A stretch of 64,000 bases of DNA from an uncultured Rhodobacteraceae bacterium (GTDB lineage Bacteria > Pseudomonadota > Alphaproteobacteria > Rhodobacterales > Rhodobacteraceae), in contig CAJWNQ010000007.1 of the NCBI GenBank assembly GCA_913043905.1, positions 391-64,390 on the forward strand, read 5' to 3'. Shown piece after piece: positions 49,097 to 57,572 of the stretch. The notes under the pieces are model-generated. The model worked only from the letters and a program-made list of their open reading frames with translations, was not told where the DNA came from and did not search any database. The position numbers and the translations under genes were made by a program. The number at the start of each line of letters is the position of its first letter. Position 1 is the first letter of the stretch.

Positions 49097-49789
49097 ATGT
49101 CGAGTGAATATCCATCACGAAAATTAATAGCAGAAACTACTGCAAAAATGTTACTTGAAATAGACGCTATTCATTTCAATTCAGATAAACCATTTACATT
49201 TACATCTGGAATTGTGAGCCCAGTATACATAGATTGTCGTAAAATAATATCATATCCACATATTCGTGAAATGATTACAAATTTTTCAGTTTCAGTATTA
49301 TTGCGTGATGTTGGATTTGAACAATTTGATGCAATTGCGGGTGGAGAAACTGCTGGTATTCCATTTGCTGCATGGATTGCTAGAGAAATGGGTCTTCCAA
49401 TGCAATACGTTCGAAAAAAACCTAAAGGTTTTGGACGAAATGCACAAATCGAAGGCGTTCTATCAGAAAAACAACGGGTCTTGCTTGTGGAAGATCTCAC
49501 TACCGACGGCGGCAGCAAAATTAATTTTTGTAAAGCTTTGCGCAAGGCTGGTGCACAAGCAGATCACACCATTGTTATATTTTATTATGATATATTTGAA
49601 GAAACTCGCACAAAATTATCATCTGAAGGCATAACATTACACTCACTTGCGACTTGGTGGGATGTTCTTGCTGTTTGCAAATCTGAAAACCACTTTGATA
49701 CACGAACACTTAAACAAGTAGAAACTTTTCTGAATCATCCTCTAGAATGGTCAGGAAAAAATGGTGGTGCAACCTCCATCACAATGTAA
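49097..49789 (+). CDS. pyrE: Orotate phosphoribosyltransferase (long, alphaproteobacterial-type)
   Basis: SPVYIDCRK, AGGETAGIPFAAW, the PRPP motif VLLVEDLTTDGGS, and the C-terminal PLEWSGKNGG. Confidence 0.9.
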   Translation: MSSEYPSRKLIAETTAKMLLEIDAIHFNSDKPFTFTSGIVSPVYIDCRKIISYPHIREMITNFSVSVLLRDVGFEQFDAIAGGETAGIPFAAWIAREMGLPMQYVRKKPKGFGRNAQIEGVLSEKQRVLLVEDLTTDGGSKINFCKALRKAGAQADHTIVIFYYDIFEETRTKLSSEGITLHSLATWWDVLAVCKSENHFDTRTLKQVETFLNHPLEWSGKNGGATSITM

Positions 49790-49800
49790 GGAAAATACAC

Positions 49801-50130
49801 ATGATGTTTGATGAAATACTCCAAACTCTATCTGAAAATGGTAAAAGCGGTCGCGCATATGGCAAAGTTATTGAACTTACATCAACCGCAATGAAAGAAG
49901 ATCCAAGCCATGCAACCGGCTATCTATTGTTGAGTGTCTTAGCTGAACGCTTCATGGAAGGTACTGGTCGTCTACCAATAACTACATTGCAAGTAGAAAA
50001 TGCCTTTGAAGATTTTTCTAAAAATGCAAATTCTTTAAAGGATGCCTATGCATCAGGAGATTTTAAATCTGTTGAGGCAGCACTAAATAAAGTTTCTCAT
50101 GCTTGTATAAAACTATCTGGAGCTGAATAA
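49801..50130 (+). CDS. Small hypothetical protein, last gene of the TRAP/pyr cluster
   Basis: 109 aa starting at ATG 49801, 11 nt after the pyrE stop. No motif recognised. Confidence 0.5.
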   Translation: MMFDEILQTLSENGKSGRAYGKVIELTSTAMKEDPSHATGYLLLSVLAERFMEGTGRLPITTLQVENAFEDFSKNANSLKDAYASGDFKSVEAALNKVSHACIKLSGAE

Positions 50131-50405
50131 ACCTATTTAGTAGATCGAACTGTAAATTGATTTGCTGTAGTTTGGAGTTCTTAATCTTCATTCATTGACA
50201 CAAGTAAAAATTTTGATAGCTAGTTTTGACTGGATAGAACAAATATATAACATCAAAGTGATAATTTCCAAATAATAACAAACCAAACAGACCTATAATA
50301 TTTGAAGTAATAAATTTAGCTTAAGTAAGAGTTAAACTTCTGAGGCATTTCAAGTTTTTAAAGTTTGCTAAGCTAGCTTTTTAAGTAATTTTTGGGGAAA
50401 CAATT

Positions 50406-50858
50406 ATGAAGTTTATGCCTCTCCTATTTATTATACTTTTACTGAACTTTGCGTCTAGCGCAAATGCCCACAGTGCCGGCCTAAACAAACAGGGCTGTCA
50501 TGCAGGCTCCCAGCCATATCACTGTCACAAAGTACCATTAGTAGTCCCCCTAAATACAAAAATACTTACAGGTAAAGTAACTCATGTACGTGATGGAGAC
50601 ACCATTGAAGTTAAAGGAATAGCAGTTCGCCTATCAGCATTAGACTGCCCTGAAAGAGGCACTAAGAAAGGTGACTACGCAACAAAGATAGCCAAACAGT
50701 TTACTGGTTCTCAGGCTATGTGTGAACTTACAGGAGCAAAGACATATAATAGACTTGTTGGATACTGCAGCATCAATGGTACTGACTTTGGCAAATACAT
50801 GATGGAGAATTCTTCATGTAAAGTTTGGGAGAAGTATGATGTTTGGGATCGATATTAA
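50406..50858 (+). CDS. Secreted thermonuclease (SNase-fold) family protein with N-terminal Cys/His (YHYH-like) motif
   Basis: Signal peptide, then NKQGCHAGSQPYHCH, then the SNase-like GKVTHVRDGDTIEV..IAVRLSALDCPE... Confidence 0.75.
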   Translation: MKFMPLLFIILLLNFASSANAHSAGLNKQGCHAGSQPYHCHKVPLVVPLNTKILTGKVTHVRDGDTIEVKGIAVRLSALDCPERGTKKGDYATKIAKQFTGSQAMCELTGAKTYNRLVGYCSINGTDFGKYMMENSSCKVWEKYDVWDRY

Positions 50859-50915
50859 AACAGGTTTGCCACTTTCACCACACTCACTGGAATAGCTTTT
50901 GTTTGTACAGTTTAT

Positions 50916-51461
50916 TTAACAGTCACTGTAAAGCACTGAGCCATCTGGCATAGTTGTATTGCAAAAAATAGCACCCTTCATTTTGGTAGTTTCCAGATTA
51001 GTATCACGTAGACTAGCACCAGTAAGATCAGCCCCACTCAGGTCAGACATAATCAAATCAGCACCACTCAGATCAGCACCATTCAAATAAGTACTATTCA
51101 AATAAGCACCCGTCAGATCAGCATCCGTTAGATTAGTAGCACTCAAATTAGCACCATATAGTTTAGCACCCCTAAGATCAGCACCACTCAGATTAGTACC
51201 ACTCAGGTAAGCATCACCCAGTTTAATATCAATTAGATTTGCAGCACTCAGATTAGCGCCATTCAGATTAGCAATAACTAGATTAGCGCCTTCCAGATTT
51301 ACACCTTCTAGATTAGCACCCTCTAAATTAGCACCAATCAGATCACACTTCACACACTCATTTGTATTCTTCAGCCTCTGCAAATCATCTGGATCAAGAG
51401 CAAATGCACTACTGGCAAACATAGATACTGCTATGGTCAGAGCTGTCAGTATTAGTTTCAT
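50916..51461 (-). CDS. Secreted pentapeptide-repeat protein
   Basis: Signal peptide MKLILTALTIAVSMFASSAFA, then about 25 consecutive A(D/N)LxG-type pentapeptides (ANLEGANLEGVNLEGANL...). The DNA shows the corresponding 15-nt periodicity. Confidence 0.9.
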   Translation of the reverse strand: MKLILTALTIAVSMFASSAFALDPDDLQRLKNTNECVKCDLIGANLEGANLEGVNLEGANLVIANLNGANLSAANLIDIKLGDAYLSGTNLSGADLRGAKLYGANLSATNLTDADLTGAYLNSTYLNGADLSGADLIMSDLSGADLTGASLRDTNLETTKMKGAIFCNTTMPDGSVLYSDC

Positions 51462-51631
51462 TTAGAATAGTTCCTCTTGCTTTTATGAGCTACGCTTCTT
51501 GCAAAAAAGTTGCACCATATTTATGATTATCGATTAGTATTCTTGACATAGTTAAACCTCCCCTTCAAAATAAAACAAGATGCTAATGACAGTTATTTAG
51601 CCAATTAAGACCGAGACAACAGGGTACTACT

Positions 51632-51934
51632 ATGAATCGAATAAAAGACTTTATACTAAACAACTGGAACTTAGTAATGGATGACACACGCAATCCATTG
51701 AGGAACATACCCAACACAGCAACACGACATATGATCATGCAAGTACTCGCATGGATGTGGTGTATCGTATTTGGTATGGTAGTCGGAAGTTGGTATATAG
51801 GTTTGATAAGTCTGATTGGCCACTTTCTATTATTAGCAGCCATAGCTATAACAGTAGCCACATTTGAGACAGCAAAACGTAAACCACAAGTATTTACTGG
51901 AGGCCTTCGTGGTAAGGGTGGAGAGCACGAGTAA
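51632..51934 (+). CDS. Small membrane protein (2 TM), hypothetical
   Basis: 100 aa with two hydrophobic spans. TTGACA-N17-CAAAAT lies about 70 nt upstream. Confidence 0.55.
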   Translation: MNRIKDFILNNWNLVMDDTRNPLRNIPNTATRHMIMQVLAWMWCIVFGMVVGSWYIGLISLIGHFLLLAAIAITVATFETAKRKPQVFTGGLRGKGGEHE

Positions 51935-51994
51935 TTATTAACTCAGGCTCTAATAAAAGGTGAATATTACATGAAATGAAGCGACCCAAGAGCG

Positions 51995-52096
51995 CTACTG
52001 CCAAAGTGTACCTCCAGGTGGTGTTGGTACACCCGCTGTGATTACTTCACCTTCTGCATGGCAGCTGACCGTATGAATAATATTATTGCCCTGCAC
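51995..52096 (-). pseudogene. 33-codon relic of the N-terminus of a proline-racemase / hydroxyproline-epimerase-family gene
   Basis: Own translation: (GTG)MQGNNIIHTVSCHAEGEVITAGVPTPPGGTLWQ*. The pattern I..V..H.EGE......G.P..PG.T is the family's N-terminal signature. There is no continuation after the stop. Confidence 0.4.
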
Positions 52097-52377
52097 TGTT
52101 GCCCCCAAATAGTATTAATTTTATGGCGTTAGCCAATATTTTTGAAAATCAATTTTGACATATGAGATGCCAACCAATTAATACTACAAGAAAAAAAGCA
52201 TCAAAAAATAAAACCAGCACATCGCGTATTTGACAGTATTTTAATCCGCTAAGACTGCGATACACAGCTGCTTCTGTGGTCCATTGTTGCTCCGCGTTTT
52301 ACAAGTTAAGAAGTGATTCCATCAATCTTGCCCAGTGGTATTTAGCGCACTCATTGAGTTTTAAAGTATAATCTTTC

Positions 52378-53472
52378 TCAATTTTTTATACTTGCCAACA
52401 CCATTTGAACAAATTCGGCAATCTTTTCTTTTTTAATCCACCTTGCAACAATCACTAAATCATTCTCAGGATCGACATAAATAATTTGTGTCCCAACCCC
52501 CATTGCAAAATATGCCGATCTTGGCGCTCCAGAAAACATGCCATTTTGGGGATCGTTCAACCACCAAAGATATCCATAATGAGGAGCAAGAGGGCATGGA
52601 GTGAGGCATTCAGTAACCCATTTTTCTTGAATTATTTCATGGCCGTTCCACGACCCTTTATTCAGCATTAGTTGGCCGACACGAGCATGATCCAAACTAC
52701 TTATCCAGAGGCCGCCTCCCCAGTGCGCTCCACCAGAAACTGATTGTATTTTCTGCCCATTAATATCTAACCAAGAATTTTCATAACCGTGCCATTCCCA
52801 TGTATCGGTAGCCCCAATCGGATCCATAATTCGTTCTTTTAGAACTTCTGGAAGAGACCGGCCAAACGCATACATTAAGGCTAGCGATAATTGATTTACA
52901 CGAACATCGTTATACTCCCAATAAGTGCCTGGAGGCTGCAATTTACGTTTACTTCCTTTTTTGCCTGAATGGGAAGAATTACCGAGTACATCTCGATAAT
53001 GGTCAATCCAATCTGGCTTGCCCCAAAGCGTTCCCTCCCACTCACTTGTAAGCTGCAACATATGAGCCCATGTGATATTTTTGTTTTGTTCAGTGTCAAA
53101 ACTGCCATCTTTTACGATATTTTTTACAGGTGCATTTATATCAGGAATAATACCGTCCTTGACTGCAATACCCATGCACAACGAAAGATAGCTTTTGCTG
53201 ATACTGAAAGTCATATCAACATAGTCAACATCGCCCCAAGTTTTAATGAGTTGACCTCTACGAAAAATTACTCCTGAACCAGACTTTCTAGTCTTCACTG
53301 GCCCTATCGTTTTTCCAATAGGCCACGGCTCTTCGAAATGTCCCTGGTTCAAAGCAGCGCCTATATCACGTTTCATCGTAGACTCATTCTTAATCGCAAA
53401 GTTTATCGCTTTTGATAGTAGCTTTCCTTCGACGCCCACTTTTTTTGGATCAGTTACATTAAAGCTTTGCAT
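52378..53472 (-). CDS. Serine hydrolase of the beta-lactamase/PBP4* (class C-like) family
   Basis: 364 aa with an SxxK motif in FSISKSYLSL. Typical size. Confidence 0.75.
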   Translation of the reverse strand: MQSFNVTDPKKVGVEGKLLSKAINFAIKNESTMKRDIGAALNQGHFEEPWPIGKTIGPVKTRKSGSGVIFRRGQLIKTWGDVDYVDMTFSISKSYLSLCMGIAVKDGIIPDINAPVKNIVKDGSFDTEQNKNITWAHMLQLTSEWEGTLWGKPDWIDHYRDVLGNSSHSGKKGSKRKLQPPGTYWEYNDVRVNQLSLALMYAFGRSLPEVLKERIMDPIGATDTWEWHGYENSWLDINGQKIQSVSGGAHWGGGLWISSLDHARVGQLMLNKGSWNGHEIIQEKWVTECLTPCPLAPHYGYLWWLNDPQNGMFSGAPRSAYFAMGVGTQIIYVDPENDLVIVARWIKKEKIAEFVQMVLASIKN

Positions 53473-53903
53473 CTCAAAATACCTTTTATGGTGAATTTAA
53501 CTTATCAAAACAATGACTGAAAGCTAGATGATTAACTTTATTGATCATGATGGCTTACCTCATTTTAAGCTTTGCATAATTACTTCATAAAGTTGTGAAA
53601 CTTACAATAAGTTTTATATAACCTCTCATATAGCCTCAAGACAATATCCTTTCCCATACACTACCCCAATGGTTGCCACTGATTTTCTTACCCAAACAAA
53701 ACTCCACCCAAATGAATCCACCGCGCTAACATTAAAGAGCCTTTGTCTGAGGCGCAGTGCATATGATACAAAACCCCAATCCATCGTCCTGCGCTCTTGG
53801 TTTGGGTGGATTAAGCTAAGTAACCGCTGAAAGTGGAGTGTCATACAAAATTTGTCAGATAGAACGTCTGGACAGACACTTGTAGACATACTTATATGCG
53901 AAC

Positions 53904-54851
53904 ATGGCAAAAGTTACATCTTCCATATCATCCTCAGACAGCGTGCTTACTGGCGTTACGCTCATGCTCGGATTTTGCTTGACCGCACCCTTACTCGATG
54001 TCGCGGCAAAGCTCGCATCGTCAACCGTACCCATTGGGCAAATTACGGCGGCGCGCTTCATCGTTCAATGCGCGCTGATGGCACCATTTATCTGGGTCAT
54101 GGGGTTATCTTTACACGTAGAGCGTGAGCAATGGATAGCGCTGGTATCACGGGCCTTACTTTTACTATTCGCAACCTTTTTATTTATTGCCACGATCCGA
54201 GTTATGCCACTTGCAGATGCGCTCGCGATTGTCTTCGTCGCTCCATTCATTGTGTTGTTGGTGGGCAAATTTTACCTTGGCGAAGATGTAGGCCCACGCC
54301 GTGTTGGGGCCGCTCTAGTGGGGTTTGTGGGTGTCTTATTCGTCATACAACCCAGCTTCACAGCCTTTGGTGCGGTGGCGCTCTTTCCACTAGGTACAGC
54401 CATCGCATTCGCTCTCTACATTCTGGTGACGCGTGGGTTATCACGAAAGATCCATCCGGTTACCCTACAATTCCATACTGGTCTAATTGCCAGCTTGTTT
54501 TGTACCCCAATTCTAATACTAGCCGACGGCTCTGGCTCAGAACTGTTTGATCCCGTTTGGCCTACAGAGATTGCGTTACTCTGGCTCCTAGGGGTTGGTT
54601 TCTTTGCCACACTAAGCCACATGATGATAACCTACGCATTGTCTTTGGCACCTTCAGCCACACTAGCACCACTGCAGTATTTTGAGTTACCAGTGGCCAC
54701 CTTTTTTGGATATTTAGTTTTTAATGATTTCCCAAATACGCTCAGCCTCATTGGAATTATGATCATTATTAGCGCAGGGCTCTATATGATACATCGAGAA
54801 AGAGTCACTGCTAAACAATTAGTCACTGAGCGCATAGCTCCACCTATCTGA
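53904..54851 (+). CDS. DMT-superfamily (EamA-like) transporter
   Basis: 315 aa, 10 hydrophobic spans, duplicated EamA-type halves. Confidence 0.85.
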   Translation: MAKVTSSISSSDSVLTGVTLMLGFCLTAPLLDVAAKLASSTVPIGQITAARFIVQCALMAPFIWVMGLSLHVEREQWIALVSRALLLLFATFLFIATIRVMPLADALAIVFVAPFIVLLVGKFYLGEDVGPRRVGAALVGFVGVLFVIQPSFTAFGAVALFPLGTAIAFALYILVTRGLSRKIHPVTLQFHTGLIASLFCTPILILADGSGSELFDPVWPTEIALLWLLGVGFFATLSHMMITYALSLAPSATLAPLQYFELPVATFFGYLVFNDFPNTLSLIGIMIIISAGLYMIHRERVTAKQLVTERIAPPI

Positions 54852-55122
54852 AGGGTGCTGCCAGACAAAGGTACACGAACTACGCAACGGGTATAGCGGC
54901 AAATACAGCCTATTGTGTTACCTGCACTCAGTTGGCATTGGATGCAGAAATATTAGCTAAAGCGCATGGCACTGATAATATTTAAAAGACCTACAAAAAA
55001 TTGATGGTGCAATGTTTGAAAAATATACAATTTATTAAAAATAAATCTAAAGGTAATAACTGGCACTTTGTATTTTTTTACATATTATATTTAATTGAAA
55101 CTAATATTAGGAACCTTGAAAG

Positions 55123-55335
55123 ATGGCAGCAAATTTAAACAATACTGCACAAACATCTAATTTAGGGTTTGAAGCCAAGCTGTTTTTTGCCGCTGACAAA
55201 CTGCGTAGCAATATTGATTTAAGTAAATACAAGCATGGCGTTTTTAGCTTGGCGTTTCTCAAACATATTTCTAATGCCTACAATACCATCTTTGAAGGGC
55301 TCCAAATCTGGTTAAATAAGGAATTCCACATATGA
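55123..55335 (+). pseudogene. hsdM: Truncated type I restriction-modification methyltransferase subunit (HsdM N-terminal ~55 aa only)
   Basis: ..SNLGFEAKLFFAADKLRSNIDLSKYKHGVFSLAFLKHISNAY.. matches the HsdM_N signature NLGFE.KLW.AADKLRGNMD..EYKHVVLGLIFLKYISDAF. Homology stops about 15 codons before the stop, where the GC content jumps. Confidence 0.8.
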
Positions 55336-56186
55336 CTGAGGCAGAGCTACGCAGTTTCCTTTTAAAGATTGGATTGGTTGGTTCCAGTGCACAGCTTCAC
55401 AAATTTAGGGGTGGGTTGCATAATTCAGTTTGGCGTGTGTCCACTTGCGACCACAGTCTTGTTGCCAAGGAATTTTCAGCAGCTGCCACTGGCACCTTGT
55501 TTCCTAATTCGCCTGAAGATGAGGCAGCCGCGCTGCGCAGACTTGCAGGCCTTAAGGTGGCCCCTGATCTGATTGGATTTTGGCCCGAAGTTAAACTTCT
55601 AGTTTATGACTATGTTGAGGGTGAGATGTGGGATGATGATGTGGTGGGTGTTGCTGATCTCCTTTTGCGCAAAGAGGCCGCTGACCCAACTGGCTTTCGC
55701 CATGTGGTCCTAACGTGTGAGGACATTCTTGCAGAGGGTGATGCATTTTTTGCGCGATGTAAGCGTATACCAGAAGCGTCTCGGCCAAGTCTCACAGATG
55801 TCTCTAGGGCTAAAAAGTTATCGCTGATACATACTGATGTAGGTGTGAACCTTGTGGGTGCAGGTGTGGGTTTGCGTCTGATTGACTGGCAATGTCCCGC
55901 AGTTGGCGACATCTGTGAGGATATTTATAGTTTTCTATCTCCCGCTTTTCAAATCCTTGGTGAACGCCCTCCATTAACCGCACTGCAAATTAGAAATTTT
56001 TGGGATGCGTTGCAGCGACCCGACTTAGCTCAAAGATATACGCAGTTACGCGCCGCGTTTGCATGGCGATTTTCTGGCTATTGTGCATGGCGTGCTGAAA
56101 TTTTAAACGATGCCGATGTCTGCGCTATGTATAATCACGCATTAAATGCTGAACTCAGATATATGGAAACATCAAATGATTATTGA
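55332..56186 (+). CDS. APH/choline-kinase-like phosphotransferase
   Basis: The Brenner-like LIHTDVGVNLV and LIDWQ...GD..ED motifs. 284 aa. Confidence 0.7.
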   Translation: MTEAELRSFLLKIGLVGSSAQLHKFRGGLHNSVWRVSTCDHSLVAKEFSAAATGTLFPNSPEDEAAALRRLAGLKVAPDLIGFWPEVKLLVYDYVEGEMWDDDVVGVADLLLRKEAADPTGFRHVVLTCEDILAEGDAFFARCKRIPEASRPSLTDVSRAKKLSLIHTDVGVNLVGAGVGLRLIDWQCPAVGDICEDIYSFLSPAFQILGERPPLTALQIRNFWDALQRPDLAQRYTQLRAAFAWRFSGYCAWRAEILNDADVCAMYNHALNAELRYMETSNDY

Positions 56187-57138
56187 ACCAACCATACACA
56201 GCTTTAGCCTCAGGCAGCACTTTGCCCACAAACCAGGCTTTGATGCGATTGAATTTGCCAAGTTAGCGAGATCACTCGGATTTCAGGGGCTCAGCCTGTC
56301 GCTAAACGATGCAAATTATCGCCACCTCGGGGGAAAAGATACAGATCGAATGGATTGCCTGAGTGCGCATTTGGTATCGCATAAGATGAGCCTTGAGGTG
56401 GATACCTCAGACACGGCTCCCGCACACATGTCTGAGATGCTAAAAGTTGCCCATCGTATGGGCGCATCATCGCTTCGCACCTATACGCGCCATTTTGGAG
56501 ATATTGCCGGAATGATAGAGGCTACAGCCTCCGATCTTGCAGAGGTGGTGGATGAAGCTAACGACCTTGGCATAGTTATAGTTCTAGAAAACCATGAAGA
56601 CTTTACGGGCCCTGAACTTGTGCAAGTTATTGAAAAGGTGGATCATCAGAGTTTAAAAATTCTTTATGATTATGGCAATTCACAGATGGTCCTGGAGGAT
56701 CCTGAGTTAGCACTTACTGCCGTTTTGCCACATGTCCACTCAGTTCATTTTAAAGATCATGTCATGATTTCTGCTGAACACGCCAGTCAATTGACAGTGG
56801 CTGGGGTCCCAATAGGTGACGGTTTCCTGCCATTGGAAAGCCTAACACGCCGTCTGCTTGATCAGGGTCTGCGCCGGATAACGTTTGAAAATGTCTGGGC
56901 CTATACTGCAACTATCTGCACTGGCCGAGAGCCACTATCAGATGTGATCCTGGGTGAAGGGTCATTTGCCTATTCTAAACCTCCCTTTGATCCGTCCGTA
57001 GTTATTCTTAACCAATCTGAATTTGATTCCGAAGATCTTATCAAACTTGAACATGATGCTTTAATTAGAGGCAGTAAGGCGTTCTTTAATATACTAACCA
57101 GTCTCGGCGCTACGGGTGATTGGGCTGTCGTTGGTTAA
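56176..57138 (+). CDS. Xylose-isomerase-like TIM-barrel sugar-phosphate isomerase/epimerase
   Basis: VLENHEDF and H.KD motifs. I prefer the ATG at 56176, which overlaps the kinase stop, over 56146. Confidence 0.75.
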   Translation: MIIEPTIHSFSLRQHFAHKPGFDAIEFAKLARSLGFQGLSLSLNDANYRHLGGKDTDRMDCLSAHLVSHKMSLEVDTSDTAPAHMSEMLKVAHRMGASSLRTYTRHFGDIAGMIEATASDLAEVVDEANDLGIVIVLENHEDFTGPELVQVIEKVDHQSLKILYDYGNSQMVLEDPELALTAVLPHVHSVHFKDHVMISAEHASQLTVAGVPIGDGFLPLESLTRRLLDQGLRRITFENVWAYTATICTGREPLSDVILGEGSFAYSKPPFDPSVVILNQSEFDSEDLIKLEHDALIRGSKAFFNILTSLGATGDWAVVG

Positions 57139-57572
57139 CACAGATACGGCTAGACCAAGCAACATGCCCATCTTGCAGACTTACTCGGATGTAGACCGCC
57201 AAATCGCCCTCGGCGGGAATCTGTATAGGCCAGTCCAGTGTAACTTGGGCTTTGGTTAAGCGATCAATCAGGCGTTTCATCCCCAAAGACTTATCCATGC
57301 CGACCCAACCGATTCTATTCATGGGAATTTGGGCTAAAGTGAAATGGTGGAAATGGTCGCATTGGGCTGAAAGGTAAGGCATGTCTGGACCTTGTCAGAC
57401 AAAGCAGCCTCCAACGATTCTTCCAAGAAGCCAGAGAAAATAATGCTTGATTCGAATCAGTTACCAAAGCCAAGATAAAAAATAGATCTAAATAATTGAG
57501 ATTAATTAAAGCAATTCTTTTTTCATTGTTGTGTCGCAATGGAATGTTAACTGCAACTAACAAGGGGCCGCG

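Noticed and set aside
50916-51461. Striking short-period DNA repeats (..gattagcacc.. / ..gatcagcacc.. about every 15 nt), which could be mistaken for a tandem-repeat or CRISPR-like array.
   Set aside because: The periodicity is fully explained by the coding pentapeptide repeats of one continuous ORF with a signal peptide. There are no spacers and no conserved direct repeats of CRISPR length.
51621-51635. An identical 15-mer AGGGTACTACTATGA spans the RBS and start codon of two unrelated genes (51632 membrane protein; 63739 Sel1 protein, at 63728-63742).
   Set aside because: The encoded N-termini and the upstream sequences differ. A few exact 15-mers are expected by chance in a window of this size. 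I note it only as a curiosity.
53626-54127. ORFs 53626-53910 (-) and 53852-54127 (+), plus short inverted repeats (TCCACCCAAA at ~53702 against TTTGGGTGGA at ~53801) upstream of the EamA gene. I considered a small gene or structured leader.
   Set aside because: There are no motifs and no RBS or start context. The plus-strand ORF is out of frame within the EamA gene. The repeats are short and imperfect, so I cannot distinguish them from noise without comparative data.
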